A DNA stretch of 63,416 nucleotides, filler included, from Craspedostauros australis (lineage: Eukaryota), in the NCBI GenBank assembly GCA_030167865.1. It is 12 parts of 12 records of this genome, joined end to end, with 100 filler letters (N's around TTAATTAATTAA, not from the genome) between each part and the next. Parts side by side here need not be neighbours in the genome. Positions count along the whole stretch, not along the records: positions 21,043 to 25,601 come from JALAGF010003387.1; positions 25,702 to 30,379 come from JALAGF010003388.1; positions 30,480 to 36,091 come from JALAGF010003389.1; 9 more parts are not named here. One strand, 5' to 3'. Positions within the stretch are counted from its first letter, which is position 1. Each line of letters starts with the position of its first letter. The notes under the pieces were generated by a model. That model did not search any database, was not told the DNA's origin, and saw only the letters and a program-made list of their open reading frames with translations. Below are positions 22,280-35,500 of this stretch, piece by piece. Position numbers and translations under genes: made by a program.

Positions 22280-24890
22280 CCAAAGCATTCGCCCTTTTCT
22301 GGGTGCGAAATTAAGCCCTCGGTATCATCATGGGACGCATTGCTGGCTCAGTCTGTCTGGTGTGCATAACGTGTCGTGAACGCTTCGCTCATGATTTGCT
22401 TGTCTTCGTTGACGATGGCACCATCACTACCATTGCCGTCGGCACCATGGGCATCATGGGTTGGAGCTTTGGGTGCTGGCTGGATGATAACCTTGGCGTC
22501 CACGACGAACGCGGCCATTTCCGCAATGATTGAGCTTGCGCGTTCCTGCTATTCTCGGTTAGGAGTATCAGTGGCGGAAGCAGTTTCATTTGTGGCATCC
22601 CCGTCTTCGTCAGCCACTACCTCTCGATTGGTATCATGGCCCACGTCTGTATCGTCACGCATGATACTCTTGTCTTCCGATGTCAGAGTTGACGTCTTCA
22701 TTGGTTGCGCATGCACCTCCAACCTTGCTCCTCGTTCGAGGACTTATGAGAGCTCCATTTCCTTATTGTCTTTGTCGTCGTCGGAGCTGTTAGCCATTGC
22801 ATTTGCCTGTGACATGTCCTCCTCTTGATTGAAGGTCTGGAGCAACAGGAGCCCACGCTCAAGACCTGCTTCCTGACGATCCTCTTCTCCAGTACTGTCA
22901 GCGGCGGCCGACTCTGATGCTGGCACGTCCGCATCCGTAGCCTGAGTGAGCCTCTTCAGCAGCACAAGCGCATGCTCAAGCGCTGCCTCCTCGTCTTCTT
23001 CCACCCTGGCAACCTTCAGAGCAGACATCTTGACTTCTTCCACTTCCGGTTTGGATTCATCCTCTGGCTCGACATCTGTCCACTTCGTTTCTTTTGGTGC
23101 GAACTCGTTGGTCTTCTTGTCGGCCTCGTTGTTGGACCTTGCGTCTTCGGTCAGCACGGGCGCAGTCGGTGATTCTGCGTCATCTTCTGGCTCGGACTCT
23201 GCAGCGGAAAAAAGTCCTCCAAAGAATCAGCCTTGACGTCTTGGCATGGCCTGATCTCCTCCGGCAGGTCGAGCGCACGTGCTGTGGCATCGATAACTTG
23301 CGCAGTGTCGGTGCCATGCTCGGTCTCAAGCATTTGAGAAGACTGGAATGTCTCTGTAGACTTTGAGTCGACTTCGGCGTCACGGTCGTCGTGCCCTTTG
23401 GAGCTGACAGATGGCTCTGATTTCAAGGCATCCGCAATCGCTGTCAACTGTTCAGCTTCTGCGACGGAATCCTCGGTTACGTCGTCATCATCAGCGTCAG
23501 CATCCACATCCTCGTTGTTGTCCGGCAAAAGATTTGCGGAGTGTTCCATCGCCTTGTTAGGCATGTCCACGTACTCGTTGCCTGGCTGTGTGCCTCGCAT
23601 GAAGCTTGGAGCGGACGCAGGCGGGACCAAGTCGTCTTCATCTTCGTTGTCTGCAGGTGTTGCAGCGTCAAGGAGTGTGATTGAGTCGAGTGCATTCTGT
23701 TCGGGATGCTCCTCCACCTTTGGCTCCAGCTTGAACTCTTCCGCGTTTCCTTCTTCACTTTGGTCATCCGTGGTGTCAAGAACCCCAGCTCCTGTTGCCG
23801 CAACCACTGCAACTCCAATCAGCGCTGCTGTGTTAGCATGCTTCTCCAAACCTGCTACATCATCGTTTTGCTTGTCGTCGCTGTCGCGAATGGTGGCTTC
23901 GTCTTCATCTTTGTCAGACTTCACGGCCAGTGGGGCATCCTGCAGAGCCACGGGCTCAGCATCTTCCTCGTTCACGACTGGACGTCGCACATCCGCTCCA
24001 GATGTAACAGTGTCCGAATCGAGAACGGACTGAGATTCCAAGCCTTCATCGACTTGTGATGTGGCTGCTTCAATTTCAGCAGCACCATCATCGTCATTCG
24101 CATCGTCCTTGATATCTCGTTCGATATCCGATTCTGCATCTTGGTAGATCTCGATGGAAGATGATGGCTCCAGTTCGCCCTCCAACGCAGGCCCCAAGTC
24201 TTCACCATATTCGAACAGTTCCTGTTGCAGAACGTCGCCTTGTTGCGCATCAACACATTCTACTTCCTGGTCGACTTCAGGTGCTTGTGAAATGTAGGCG
24301 TCGATGGCGACCTCTGATTCGGTCACAGCAACTATCTCTGGCTGGGTCAACGATGCCGGTTGCTCGCTCAGTTCATCATCGCCTGCGACTTCGGTCTTGT
24401 CGTGGATCTTGGCTGCCGCCTCCGTGTCGTCCTCGAGTTTGTCGTCTGGGATATATTCTACCTCTGCCTCCGCCTCGGATTTGGACAATCGCACTGGTTG
24501 CGGCACCTCCTCACCTTCGACGGTCGATGGGGTTTCGAGTCTTGGCTTAGCTTCCTTGTCAGCATCGTTTCAGCTGCAAGGATCTCATCGTCCTGCGTTT
24601 GTGAGACTCACTTTGTCGCCAGGCATCATCGGCGCAGCATTGCCCGCAACTCGGCGTGGCGCTGCGCGGTCGGCCAGCATCAACATGAGCGTCACGGCAT
24701 CACCAATATCATCACAAACGCGATCGCACAGACCAACTGGACAACAAAGCAGCAGCATCGCTGACAGAGTGCGCGGTTCGGCCATGCAAAGCCCAATGGA
24801 GTATCGTATTTCCGGGCGGCCGTTCAATGGATCATGCCGCAACCATGGCAAGGGGGGATGCTGTCTTCCTTTCTCGGTTGCCCCTTGCAT
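22280..24890 (-). pseudogene. Large acidic (D/E-rich) low-complexity protein, disrupted
   Basis: ORFs 23151..24506 and 22744..23157 plus continuations share the same acidic composition and are broken by frameshifts and in-frame stops. Boundaries approximate. Confidence 0.6.
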
Positions 24891-25909
24891 TGGCTATTCC
24901 TTGTTGGTCTTCTCGATCGTGAAGTCGTTGCCACAATGCAAAATAGAGTAGGTTAGAGAAGAATTGAATACCCCACGCTTCTCAAGTCCGGAGTACTCTG
25001 CGGAGCAAGACGATTTGGCGCATCTCCGCGAATCCATACTCGCACATTCGGTGATAAATCCCGCACGCCGCAACCAACTCCATCCTTGTTTGTACCATAC
25101 GTAGATATGGACAGCAGCATTGGGTGCCCACTACCATTGTGTGGTACTGATGCGTTCATCTGCGTGGGGCATTCGGAGATGAGGCCGTCCGCGCAGCAAG
25201 CGCTTTCGATAGCTTTGGTGGATGAAGAGCTCATCGATTCCACGTGCGAGCGAGGGGTTTCGCTACTCGTGCATACGACTACTCCTGATGCACATCTTCG
25301 TCTTCACATTGCCGCTGTGACGGTAGTCATCTTGTGAAATCGAGTGGAGACTGGCTCCATGTCGGACTCTACCCCCACGCATCCGTCTCCGCCGTGGTGC
25401 ATCCAGGCGATTTCGTCATGAGCAGCAATACATCTTGCCTTGTGTGCGCTGACTTGAATGGGATAGAGAAAACGAAAGCAGAACAAAGTAGAGTAGAGGA
25501 GAGTATATCGCTCTATTGGTTGGGAGTAAGTTAGCAGAGTATGGCACGAGTAGGTGTGGTAACACGCTCGCCCAACGAACGGATCCGCAGTTGGATCGGT
25601 TNNNNNNNNNNNNNNNNNNNNNNNNNNNNNNNNNNNNNNNNNNNNTTAATTAATTAANNNNNNNNNNNNNNNNNNNNNNNNNNNNNNNNNNNNNNNNNNN
25701 NATGGTACAAACAAGGATGGAGTTGGTTGCGGCGTGCGGGATTTATCACCGAATGTGCGAGTATGGATTCGCGGAGATGCGCCAAATCGTCTTGCTCCGC
25801 AGAGTACTCCGGACTTGAGAAGCGTGGGGTATTCAATTCTTCTCTAACCTACTCTATTTTGCATTGTGGCAACGACTTCACGATCGAGAAGACCAACAAG
25901 GAATAGCCA

Positions 25910-28520
25910 ATGCAAGGGGCAACCGAGAAAGGAAGACAGCATCCCCCCTTGCCATGGTTGCGGCATGATCCATTGAACGGCCGCCCGGAAATACGATACT
26001 CCATTGGGCTTTGCATGGCCGAACCGCGCACTCTGTCAGCGATGCTGCTGCTTTGTTGTCCAGTTGGTCTGTGCGATCGCGTTTGTGATGATATTGGTGA
26101 TGCCGTGACGCTCATGTTGATGCTGGCCGACCGCGCAGCGCCACGCCGAGTTGCGGGCAATGCTGCGCCGATGATGCCTGGCGACAAAGTGAGTCTCACA
26201 AACGCAGGACGATGAGATCCTTGCAGCTGAAACGATGCTGACAAGGAAGCTAAGCCAAGACTCGAAACCCCATCGACCGTCGAAGGTGAGGAGGTGCCGC
26301 AACCAGTGCGATTGTCCAAATCCGAGGCGGAGGCAGAGGTAGAATATATCCCAGACGACAAACTCGAGGACGACACGGAGGCGGCAGCCAAGATCCACGA
26401 CAAGACCGAAGTCGCAGGCGATGATGAACTGAGCGAGCAACCGGCATCGTTGACCCAGCCAGAGATAGTTGCTGTGACCGAATCAGAGGTCGCCATCGAC
26501 GCCTACATTTCACAAGCACCTGAAGTCGACCAGGAAGTAGAATGTGTTGATGCGCAACAAGGCGACGTTCTGCAACAGGAACTGTTCGAATATGGTGAAG
26601 ACTTGGGGCCTGCGTTGGAGGGCGAACTGGAGCCATCATCTTCCATCGAGATCTACCAAGATGCAGAATCGGATATCGAACGAGATATCAAGGACGATGC
26701 GAATGACGATGATGGTGCTGCTGAAATTGAAGCAGCCACATCACAAGTCGATGAAGGCTTGGAATCTCAGTCCGTTCTCGATTCGGACACTGTTACATCT
26801 GGAGCGGATGTGCGACGTCCAGTCGTGAACGAGGAAGATGCTGAGCCCGTGGCTCTGCAGGATGCCCCACTGGCCGTGAAGTCTGACAAAGATGAAGACG
26901 AAGCCACCATTCGCGACAGCGACGACAAGCAAAACGATGATGTAGCAGGTTTGGAGAAGCATGCTAACACAGCAGCGCTGATTGGAGTTGCAGTGGTTGC
27001 GGCAACAGGAGCTGGGGTTCTTGACACCACGGATGACCAAAGTGAAGAAGGAAACGCGGAAGAGTTCAAGCTGGAGCCAAAGGTGGAGGAGCATCCCGAA
27101 CAGAATGCACTCGACTCAATCACACTCCTTGACGCTGCAACACCTGCAGACAACGAAGATGAAGACGACTTGGTCCCGCCTGCGTCCGCTCCAAGCTTCA
27201 TGCGAGGCACACAGCCAGGCAACGAGTACGTGGACATGCCTAACAAGGCGATGGAACACTCCGCAAATCTTTTGCCGGACAACAACGAGGATGTGGATGC
27301 TGACGCTGATGATGACGACGTAACCGAGGATTCCGTCGCAGAAGCTGAACAGTTGACAGCGATTGCGGATGCCTTGAAATCAGAGCCATCTGTCAGCTCC
27401 AAAGGGCACGACGACCGTGACGCCGAAGTCGACTCAAAGTCTACAGAGACATTCCAGTCTTCTCAAATGCTTGAGACCGAGCATGGCACCGACACTGCGC
27501 AAGTTATCGATGCCACAGCACGTGCGCTCGACCTGCCGGAGGAGATCAGGCCATGCCAAGACGTCAAGGCTGATTCTTTGGAGGACTTTTTTCCGCTGCA
27601 GAGTCCGAGCCAGAAGATGACGCAGAATCACCGACTGCGCCCGTGCTGACCGAAGACGCAAGGTCCAACAACGAGGCCGACAAGAAGACCAACGAGTTCG
27701 CACCAAAAGAAACGAAGTGGACAGATGTCGAGCCAGAGGATGAATCCAAACCGGAAGTGGAAGAAGTCAAGATGTCTGCTCTGAAGGTTGCCAGGGTGGA
27801 AGAAGACGAGGAGGCAGCGCTTGAGCATGCGCTTGTGCTGCTGAAGAGGCTCACTCAGGCTACGGATGCGGACGTGCCAGCATCAGAGTCGGCCGCCGCT
27901 GACAGTACTGGAGAAGAGGATCGTCAGGAAGCAGGTCTTGAGCGTGGGCTCCTGTTGCTCCAGACCTTCAATCAAGAGGAGGACATGTCACAGGCAAATG
28001 CAATGGCTAACAGCTCCGACGACGACAAAGACAATAAGGAAATGGAGCTCTCATAAGTCCTCGAACGAGGAGCAAGGTTGGAGGTGCATGCGCAACCAAT
28101 GAAGACGTCAACTCTGACATCGGAAGACAAGAGTATCATGCGTGACGATACAGACGTGGGCCATGATACCAATCGAGAGGTAGTGGCTGACGAAGACGGG
28201 GATGCCACAAATGAAACTGCTTCCGCCACTGATACTCCTAACCGAGAATAGCAGGAACGCGCAAGCTCAATCATTGCGGAAATGGCCGCGTTCGTCGTGG
28301 ACGCCAAGGTTATCATCCAGCCAGCACCCAAAGCTCCAACCCATGATGCCCATGGTGCCGACGGCAATGGTAGTGATGGTGCCATCGTCAACGAAGACAA
28401 GCAAATCATGAGCGAAGCGTTCACGACACGTTATGCACACCAGACAGACTGAGCCAGCAATGCGTCCCATGATGATACCGAGGGCTTAATTTCGCACCCA
28501 GAAAAGGGCGAATGCTTTGG
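25910..28520 (+). pseudogene. Acidic low-complexity protein pseudogene (second view of 22280..24890)
   Basis: ORFs 26294..27649 and 27643..28056; in-frame TAA at 28054-28056, then TAG and TGA further on. Confidence 0.6.
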
Positions 28521-29181
28521 AACTCTGTGCCAAATCGTGTAATCGTCGCACAGAGGGAGTAGCACCCGCAGTAGAATAAGAACATATGTTATGTTATATA
28601 GTGAGGAAGGTCCTAGGAATTACACAACACATCAGAGCCCAACACGACTGCAGTCAAAGTATGCACAAGTAGATCGTAATCTACTCAAAGCCGAGCAGAT
28701 CGCAGAGCATGCTTTCCCCCACGAATTCAACAGTTCCACTGATTCCGCGCTATGATTGCGCATCAGAACTGAGAGGAAACCGAAAACGGAGTTCTTCGCG
28801 AAACTTGACGATAAGGATTGTGATGAGACCATGCATCCTATTCAATATACTCTGCGCACAAAACCTTTGCTGATAGAGACATTGAGTGTGCCCAACAAGA
28901 TTGTTGACTATTGTGAGTGCTTGCGCCACCTATCTTGGCTGTGCAATCTGCGTGTTCTCTGTTCCAGGACGAGTGATCGGATGCACAGGGCAACAACTCA
29001 CCTGCGTCATGGTTGAACAGGACTGGAGTTACAACACGATTGATGGCCCAAATGAGTGATCGTTATGGTGTGCTCGGATTGGTCTTGTGCAGAGCATGGT
29101 ACTCGTGCTTGTGCACAATATACGATTCCATTACATCATCTGTCGATGTCCGCTCTTGGGAATTCGACTCCATGTTGCGAA

Positions 29182-29636
29182 TTAGACATGAATATTCGTG
29201 AGCGTTCCAACCAGCATGGCTGGGACCATGCCCATGCCAATGGTGATGCTGGATGCATCAGAGGAGGTGTCCTCAATCTTGAGTGTGCAGATGACCTTGG
29301 CTCCATACATGACGTTGAGCTTGGTGGTGCCATCCGGGATGTCGGACGACTTGACCTCAATCTCGTATGCTCCCATGATGTTGGTCTTCGTCGAAGCCAC
29401 CATCGTTCAATCATCTGCCACGATTGTCACGTCCAATCCTTGCTGCAAGAGCAAGTCCGAATGAGATCCAAGGATGAAGTTGGATGTCTGCGAGATGTCG
29501 ACCTTCAGCTGGTGACGGCCTCGTAGACAGTGGCAGGGATGGTGGCGATGTAGCCATCACCAATTGCAGCCATGGCACCGTGGGCGGCCATGGCGATGGC
29601 AGTGACGATGAAGGAAGTCGCCTTTCGAAAGTTCAT
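29182..29636 (-). pseudogene. Small secreted protein pseudogene (second view of 21164..21618)
   Basis: Exact reverse complement of the first view. Confidence 0.55.
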
Positions 29637-29813
29637 GATGGCAAGCTGTCATTTGTCTACTTTTTCCGGTTGCTCGAGTGTGGAGTGTTGGCTGTTGGTT
29701 GGTTTGTTGATGTGCTTGCTTTTTCACTATGTGTTGATCTTGGATCTGTGAGATGAGCTGAATGAGCAACATTGATGTTCCTGTCCTCCACAATGATAGT
29801 CCTGAGAGATACA

Positions 29814-30379
29814 TGTTGGAAATCCGGGGTTAGTGTTAGTAAGAACTAATTCGTTGTTAGATCGTACTATTCAGAACTGTGAGCTCATTCTCTTCAGCTN
29901 NNNNNNNNNNNNNNNNNNNNNNNNNNNNNNNNNNNNNNNNNNNNNNNNNNNNNNNNNNNNNNNNNNNNNNNNNNNNNNNNNNNNNNNNNNNNNNNNNNNN
30001 NNNNNNNNNNNNNNNNNNNNNNNNNNNNNNNNNNNNNNNNNNNNNNNNNNNNNNNNNNNNNNNNNNNNNNNNNNNNNNNNNNNNNNNNNNNNNNNNNNNN
30101 NNNNNNNNNNATTCCACAGTCTTGCGTTTCGCTCTTGATCTCCTGACACCAAACTTTACGATTGGTGTCATGATTGGTGTCATGTTTGATGCCCTTTCTG
30201 AGTTGTTCTAGTCCGTGGGTGACACGTGCCATGATCTCCAGATGGGGAGATCATCAATGTGTCTGTCATCATCTTCCTTCACATGGTCTAGATGTCGTGG
30301 CCTTTTCTGGATTCATAGAGGACAGGCTTGTTTGCTTGGTAAGACTGGGGTCATTCCCGTGTGATTCGTGTCGTGGGTG
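29814..30379 (-). mobile_element. LTR terminus (family shared with 59849), interrupted by a scaffold gap
   Basis: Starts TGTTGGAAATCCGGGGTTA on + (minus-strand end ...TTTCCAACA). The same 19-mer and similar next 70 bp occur at 59849 with unrelated flanks. Orientation is inferred. Confidence 0.65.
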
Positions 30380-30479
30380 NNNNNNNNNNNNNNNNNNNNN
30401 NNNNNNNNNNNNNNNNNNNNNNNTTAATTAATTAANNNNNNNNNNNNNNNNNNNNNNNNNNNNNNNNNNNNNNNNNNNN

Positions 30480-31250
30480 CACCGGAGTCCTACTGTACCT
30501 GAACTCATCACCCATCCTATGGCACAGCAAGAAACAAAACAGCATCGAGACGTCCACGTTCGGCAGCGAGTTCACCGCGCTCAAGGTAGTGACAGAGATC
30601 GTTGTCGGGATGCGTTACAAATTGTGTATGATGGGCGTCCCAATGGACGGCCCGACGGACATGCGCGTCGACAACCAGAGCGTCGTGTACAACGCCTCAC
30701 TCCCCGCATCACAGCTACGAAAGAAAGCCAACTCAATTGCATATCACTTCGTCCGAGAAAGCATCGCGGCGGGTGTGATGACCGTCTCACATGCGCCATC
30801 AGAGACCAACCTCGCTGACATGCTCACGAAGCCACAATGAGGACCAAGACGGACAGCCCAGGCACAATGCGTCTTATTCTAACACACAGACTGCGCGACA
30901 GTACCCATGGATGGCCGGCCACGGATTCAATCCGTGGTGGATGGGATGAGCGCCCTGTGGTGCCCACGCATGGGGCATGCAGCAGGTACATACCATATGA
31001 AGCAGAAATGTGACGATCCGACAGTCAGCAAAGCCACAGCGAATCGAGGGGACCAAACAGAGATACATGTGAAACGGTTAAAACGGGATTAACATGCGAA
31101 CACGGGCATCGCCCAACCACGGGAGGCTGGAGTACTCTCTGACGATCCTACACGACCCTATAACCCTTATAATCTGCATCCTTTGGGTTTGCAACCCTCA
31201 ATACCAATGCATGTGTGTGTTAACTTGGATCCAACGGCTGAAGATCACAC
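30480..31250 (+). mobile_element. 3' end of a second Copia lineage (RNase H plus 3' region/probable LTR); 30480..31467 is the reverse complement of 36192..37179
   Basis: PILWHSKKQNSIETSTFGSEF, RVDNQSVV, LRKKANSIAYHFVRE, NLADMLTK. LTR limits uncertain. Confidence 0.85.
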
Positions 31251-31749
31251 TGTTTGTTGTTGGGTGGGATATACGGTAAATAAAATATATATCTCACTTT
31301 CTGCGGACGTCTTTCTCATCGTCACAGCACATGTTGGAAGGAGTATCGACGCAACGCTCAAACGGAGCCTTTGGAGGCCGCTGGTGGATACGATTACAGT
31401 GTACAGTAGAGAGGTGTGTACTCGCATGGCATTGCCCTCCGACCGACCTCTTCTGCTACTCGTACTTTACCCATCGCCTTCCGAGGGTGCGATCTAGCAT
31501 GCGATCAAGCATGCGATCATAGGAGCGAATGTGTCTACCTTGCCTTCTGTTTCTCTGTTTGCATTGAAGACGCATTCCTCGATGTCTTGTTGGTAGTTTG
31601 CCTTCCGAGCATGCGATCATAGCATGCGATCATAGGGGCGGATGTGTCTGTCTTGCCATCTGTTTCTCTGTTTGCATTGAAGATTCATTCCTCGATGTCT
31701 TGTTGGGGGTTTGCACTCCACCCATCGCCTTCCAAGGGTGCGACCTAGA

Positions 31750-31995
31750 CTGCGATCATAGCATGCGATCATAGCATGCGATCATAACATGCGATCATCA
31801 CATGCGATCATAGCATGCGATCATAACATGCGATCATAACATGCGATCATAACATGCGATCATAACATGCGATCATAACATGCGATCATAACATGCGATC
31901 ATAACATGCGATCATAGAATGCGATCATAGAATGCAATCATAGAATGCGATCATAGAATGTGATCATAGAATGTGATCATAGAATGCGATCATAG
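31750..31995. repeat. 13-bp minisatellite (CATGCGATCATAA/G)n
   Basis: About 18 tandem copies, with extra copies inside a ~120-bp duplication at about 31495-31745. Confidence 0.95.
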
Positions 31996-32574
31996 GAGCG
32001 GATGAGGATTACCGCTTTGGCTATTCGCTCCGTGTCCCATGATAAAGAACATCTGCGAAAGTAGAAAGATGAGTGTCAGAGTGCATGGTACGAGTACAAA
32101 GTAATCGGAGATTTTGATTTCTACGAGTACAGCGTGTGCGATGGGGGACGACACAGCATCAATACGTGCGCTGTGGTACGAAAGGGTACCACTTCTGATG
32201 GTTGACACCTCAACTGCCCACTATCACCGTCACGGATGCAAATGACAAACGTGGTGCAAATGCCACCACGACCTCACTGATGAGTGCGATCAAGGGATTG
32301 TTGCTGCAGAGAAGCGAAGTTGCTCTCTCTGCCTCGCCCAACATTGATCTTGTTGACATGCCTGAAATCGTTTGGAACATCTGATTTCCTCGCCCTCACA
32401 ATACATCAACACCGTCATCCATTAACCACCACCACTCACAATCTCGAGAGAGACAGAGAGAGAGAGAGAGCTCAAGTTTCGCAGGTGCCATTCACATCTT
32501 CGTCACTGGCGTGACCGACACAAAACTCACTTGCACAGCCGCAGTTGCCGCCGCAGCCACATTCATACGCAACA

Positions 32575-35500
32575 ATGGATGACAAGACAAAACATGATGC
32601 GTCTGCTAAACTTGCACCACCAATCCCTGCTGCCCCCTCTGAGCCAGAAGCGTCTGAAGCAGACATGCAAGCCAACATGCAAGCAGACGTGCAAGCAGAC
32701 ATGCAAGAAGACATGCAAGCCAACATGCAAGCCAACATGCAAGCCAACATGCAAGCCAACATGCAAGCCAACATGCAAGCCAACATACAAGCCAACATGC
32801 AAGCAGACGTGCAAGCAGACATGATGGCTGAAACACAAATGGAATTGCAAAGGGTTTTGCAACTGTTGCAAACTCAAACACCAAGAGTTCAAGGCAACCC
32901 TGATGAAAGCACAAGGAATCAAGTATATGTTCCAGTTGCAGAGGTCGTCCCTGAAAATGATGATAATCCTGAACCATATTCTCGGAGGGCAGGATGGAGC
33001 TGGAAAGGTACTGTTACTGTGGTGTTACTCGTCGTCGGTGTAGCCGGTACCATTGCAGCAGGCGTAGTGTTCCTCCTAAGTGACGAGACCAGCAGCAGCA
33101 AAGGCAACAGCAACAGCAACATAGATGGCAGCAGTAGGAATCAGCCCACCACAAATGGCCCTAGTGATCGGCCATCACAAAATCCAACCCACACACCCAC
33201 GGATACACCGAGTGATCCACCCTCACAAAGTCCAACTCACACACCCACGGATACACCGAGTGATCTACCCTCGTCGAACCCAGCGTACAGCTTCGATCAA
33301 TCGAATGCTTTCTTCACCATTTGGGAGGTGCTCCTGCCCACACTCCAAGAAGAGCCTACCTTCATCGATACAACCATACTCGCAAGCCCAACCAGTACTG
33401 CACACCAGACGCTGAACTGGATGGCAAACAGCAACCACCCAGATCTCGCATCAATGATCGCAGAAGATGCACAGGCCAATGCCACGCGTCTATTGGAGTA
33501 CTATGCAGTAGTGAGCATATACTTTTCACTCGATGGAGCCAATTGGAACGACAAGATGTGCTTTCTATCAGTTACTGACGTGTGCGATTGGCACTCTTCC
33601 TCTGGCGGTGTGACATGCGATAATGGCCATGTGGTACAAGTAGCTTTGGGTGACGAAGGCATGCGGGGCACGCTCGATCCAGCCCTTTATCATCTCTCAC
33701 ACCTTGAGAAATGGTCAATGGAAATGACTTCCAGCACTCGCGGACAGATCGATGGTATCATCTTCAGTCATATTGGCATGTTGAGTATGCTATCAGAGCT
33801 AGCTCTAGTGTCCATGGGACTGCGAGGTGCGTTTCCGTCAGAAATGTATCAACTTACACAATTGACACATCTTGACCTGGGTTTCAATTGCATCACTGGA
33901 CCCCTTCCTTCTCAGACTGGTCAACTGACAGCTCTCGCCTCTCTTGATCTGAGAAACACCGACTTCACTGGACAGATTCCATCCGAGATTGGTCAACTGA
34001 CAGCGCTCGTCTATCTTGAGCTAGGATACACCAACTTCACTGGACAGCTTCCATCCGAGATTGGTCAACTGACAGCGCTCACCTATCTTGAGCTAGGATA
34101 CACCAACTTCACTGTACAGCTTCCATCCGAGATTGGTCAACTATCAGCTCTCACCACTCTTGATCTGGGATATGCCGACTTCACTGGACAGCTTCCATCC
34201 GAGATTGGTCAACTGACAGCGCTCGTCTATCTTGATCTAGAAAGGACCAATTTCATTGGACAGCTTCCATCCGAGATTGGTGAACTGACAGCTCTCGTCT
34301 ATCTTGAGCTGGGATACACCGACTTCACTGGACAGCTTCCATCCGAGATTGGTCAACTGACAGCGCTCACCTATCTTGATCTGAAAGATGTTGACTCCAC
34401 TGGACAGATTCCATCCGAGATTGGTCAACTATCAGCTCTCACCACTCTTGATCTGGGAAATGCCGACTTCACTGGACAGCTTCCATCCGAGATTGGTCAA
34501 CTGACAGCGCTCGTCTATCTTGATCTAGAAAGGACCAATTTCATTGGACAGCTTCCATCCGAGATTGGTGAACTGACAGCTCTCGTCTATCTTGAGCTGG
34601 GAGACACCGACTTCACTGGACAGCTTCCATCCGAGATTGGTCAACTGACAGCGCTCACCTATCTTGATCTGAGATCTGTTGACTCCACCGTACAGCTTCC
34701 ATCCGAGATTGGTCAACTATCAGCTCTCACCACTCTTGATCTGGGATATGCCGACTTCACTGGACAGCTTCCATCCGAGATCGGTCAACTGACAGCTTTG
34801 AGATTTCTTAACCTGGAATTCACCGATCTCACTGGGCGCTTTCCGTCCGAGATTGGTCAGCTGACAGCGCTCACCTATCTTGATCTGAGATCTTTTGACT
34901 CCACCGTACAGCTTCCATCCGAGATTGGTCAACTATCAGCTCTCACCACTCTTGATCTAGGATGGACCGACTTCACTGGACAGCTTCCATCCGAGATCGG
35001 TCAACTGACAGCTTTGAGATTTCTTAACCTGGAATTCACCGATCTCACTGGGCGCTTTCCGTCCGAGATTGGTCAGCTGACAGCGCTCACCTATCTTGAT
35101 CTGNNNNNNNNNNNNNNNACTGGGCGCTTTCCGTCCGAGATTGGTCAGCTGACAGCGCTCACCTATCTTGATCTGAGATCTTTTGACTCCACCGTACAGC
35201 TTCCATCCGAGATTGGTCAACTCACAGCGCTCACCTTCCTTGATCTGAGATACACCGACTTCACTGGACAGCTTCCATCCGAGATTGGTCAACTCACAGC
35301 TCTCGCCCATCTTGATCTGTATTCGACCGACTTCACTGGGCAGCTTCCATCCGAGATTGGTCAACTCACAGCGCTCACCTTCCTTGATCTGAGATACACC
35401 GACTTCACTGGACAGCTTCCATCCGAGATTGGTCAACTGACAGCCCTCACTTTTCTTGATTTGGGACCTACTGAATTCACTGGGCAGCTTCCATCCGAGG

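Larger units (their letters stand above)
25702..29757. repeat. Reverse-complement duplicate of 21043..25098 (overlapping contig ends)
   Basis: All ORFs are mirrored with identical translations; paired coordinates sum to 50800. Confidence 0.95.

Noticed and set aside
26200..28520. Alternative genetic code or stop-codon readthrough in the acidic gene
   Set aside because: All three stop codons and frameshifts occur, and long intact standard-code ORFs exist elsewhere in the window. Decay is the simpler explanation.
21043..29757. Giant inverted repeat or palindrome
   Set aside because: The arms lie on different contigs separated by a linker; this is one sequence shown in two orientations.
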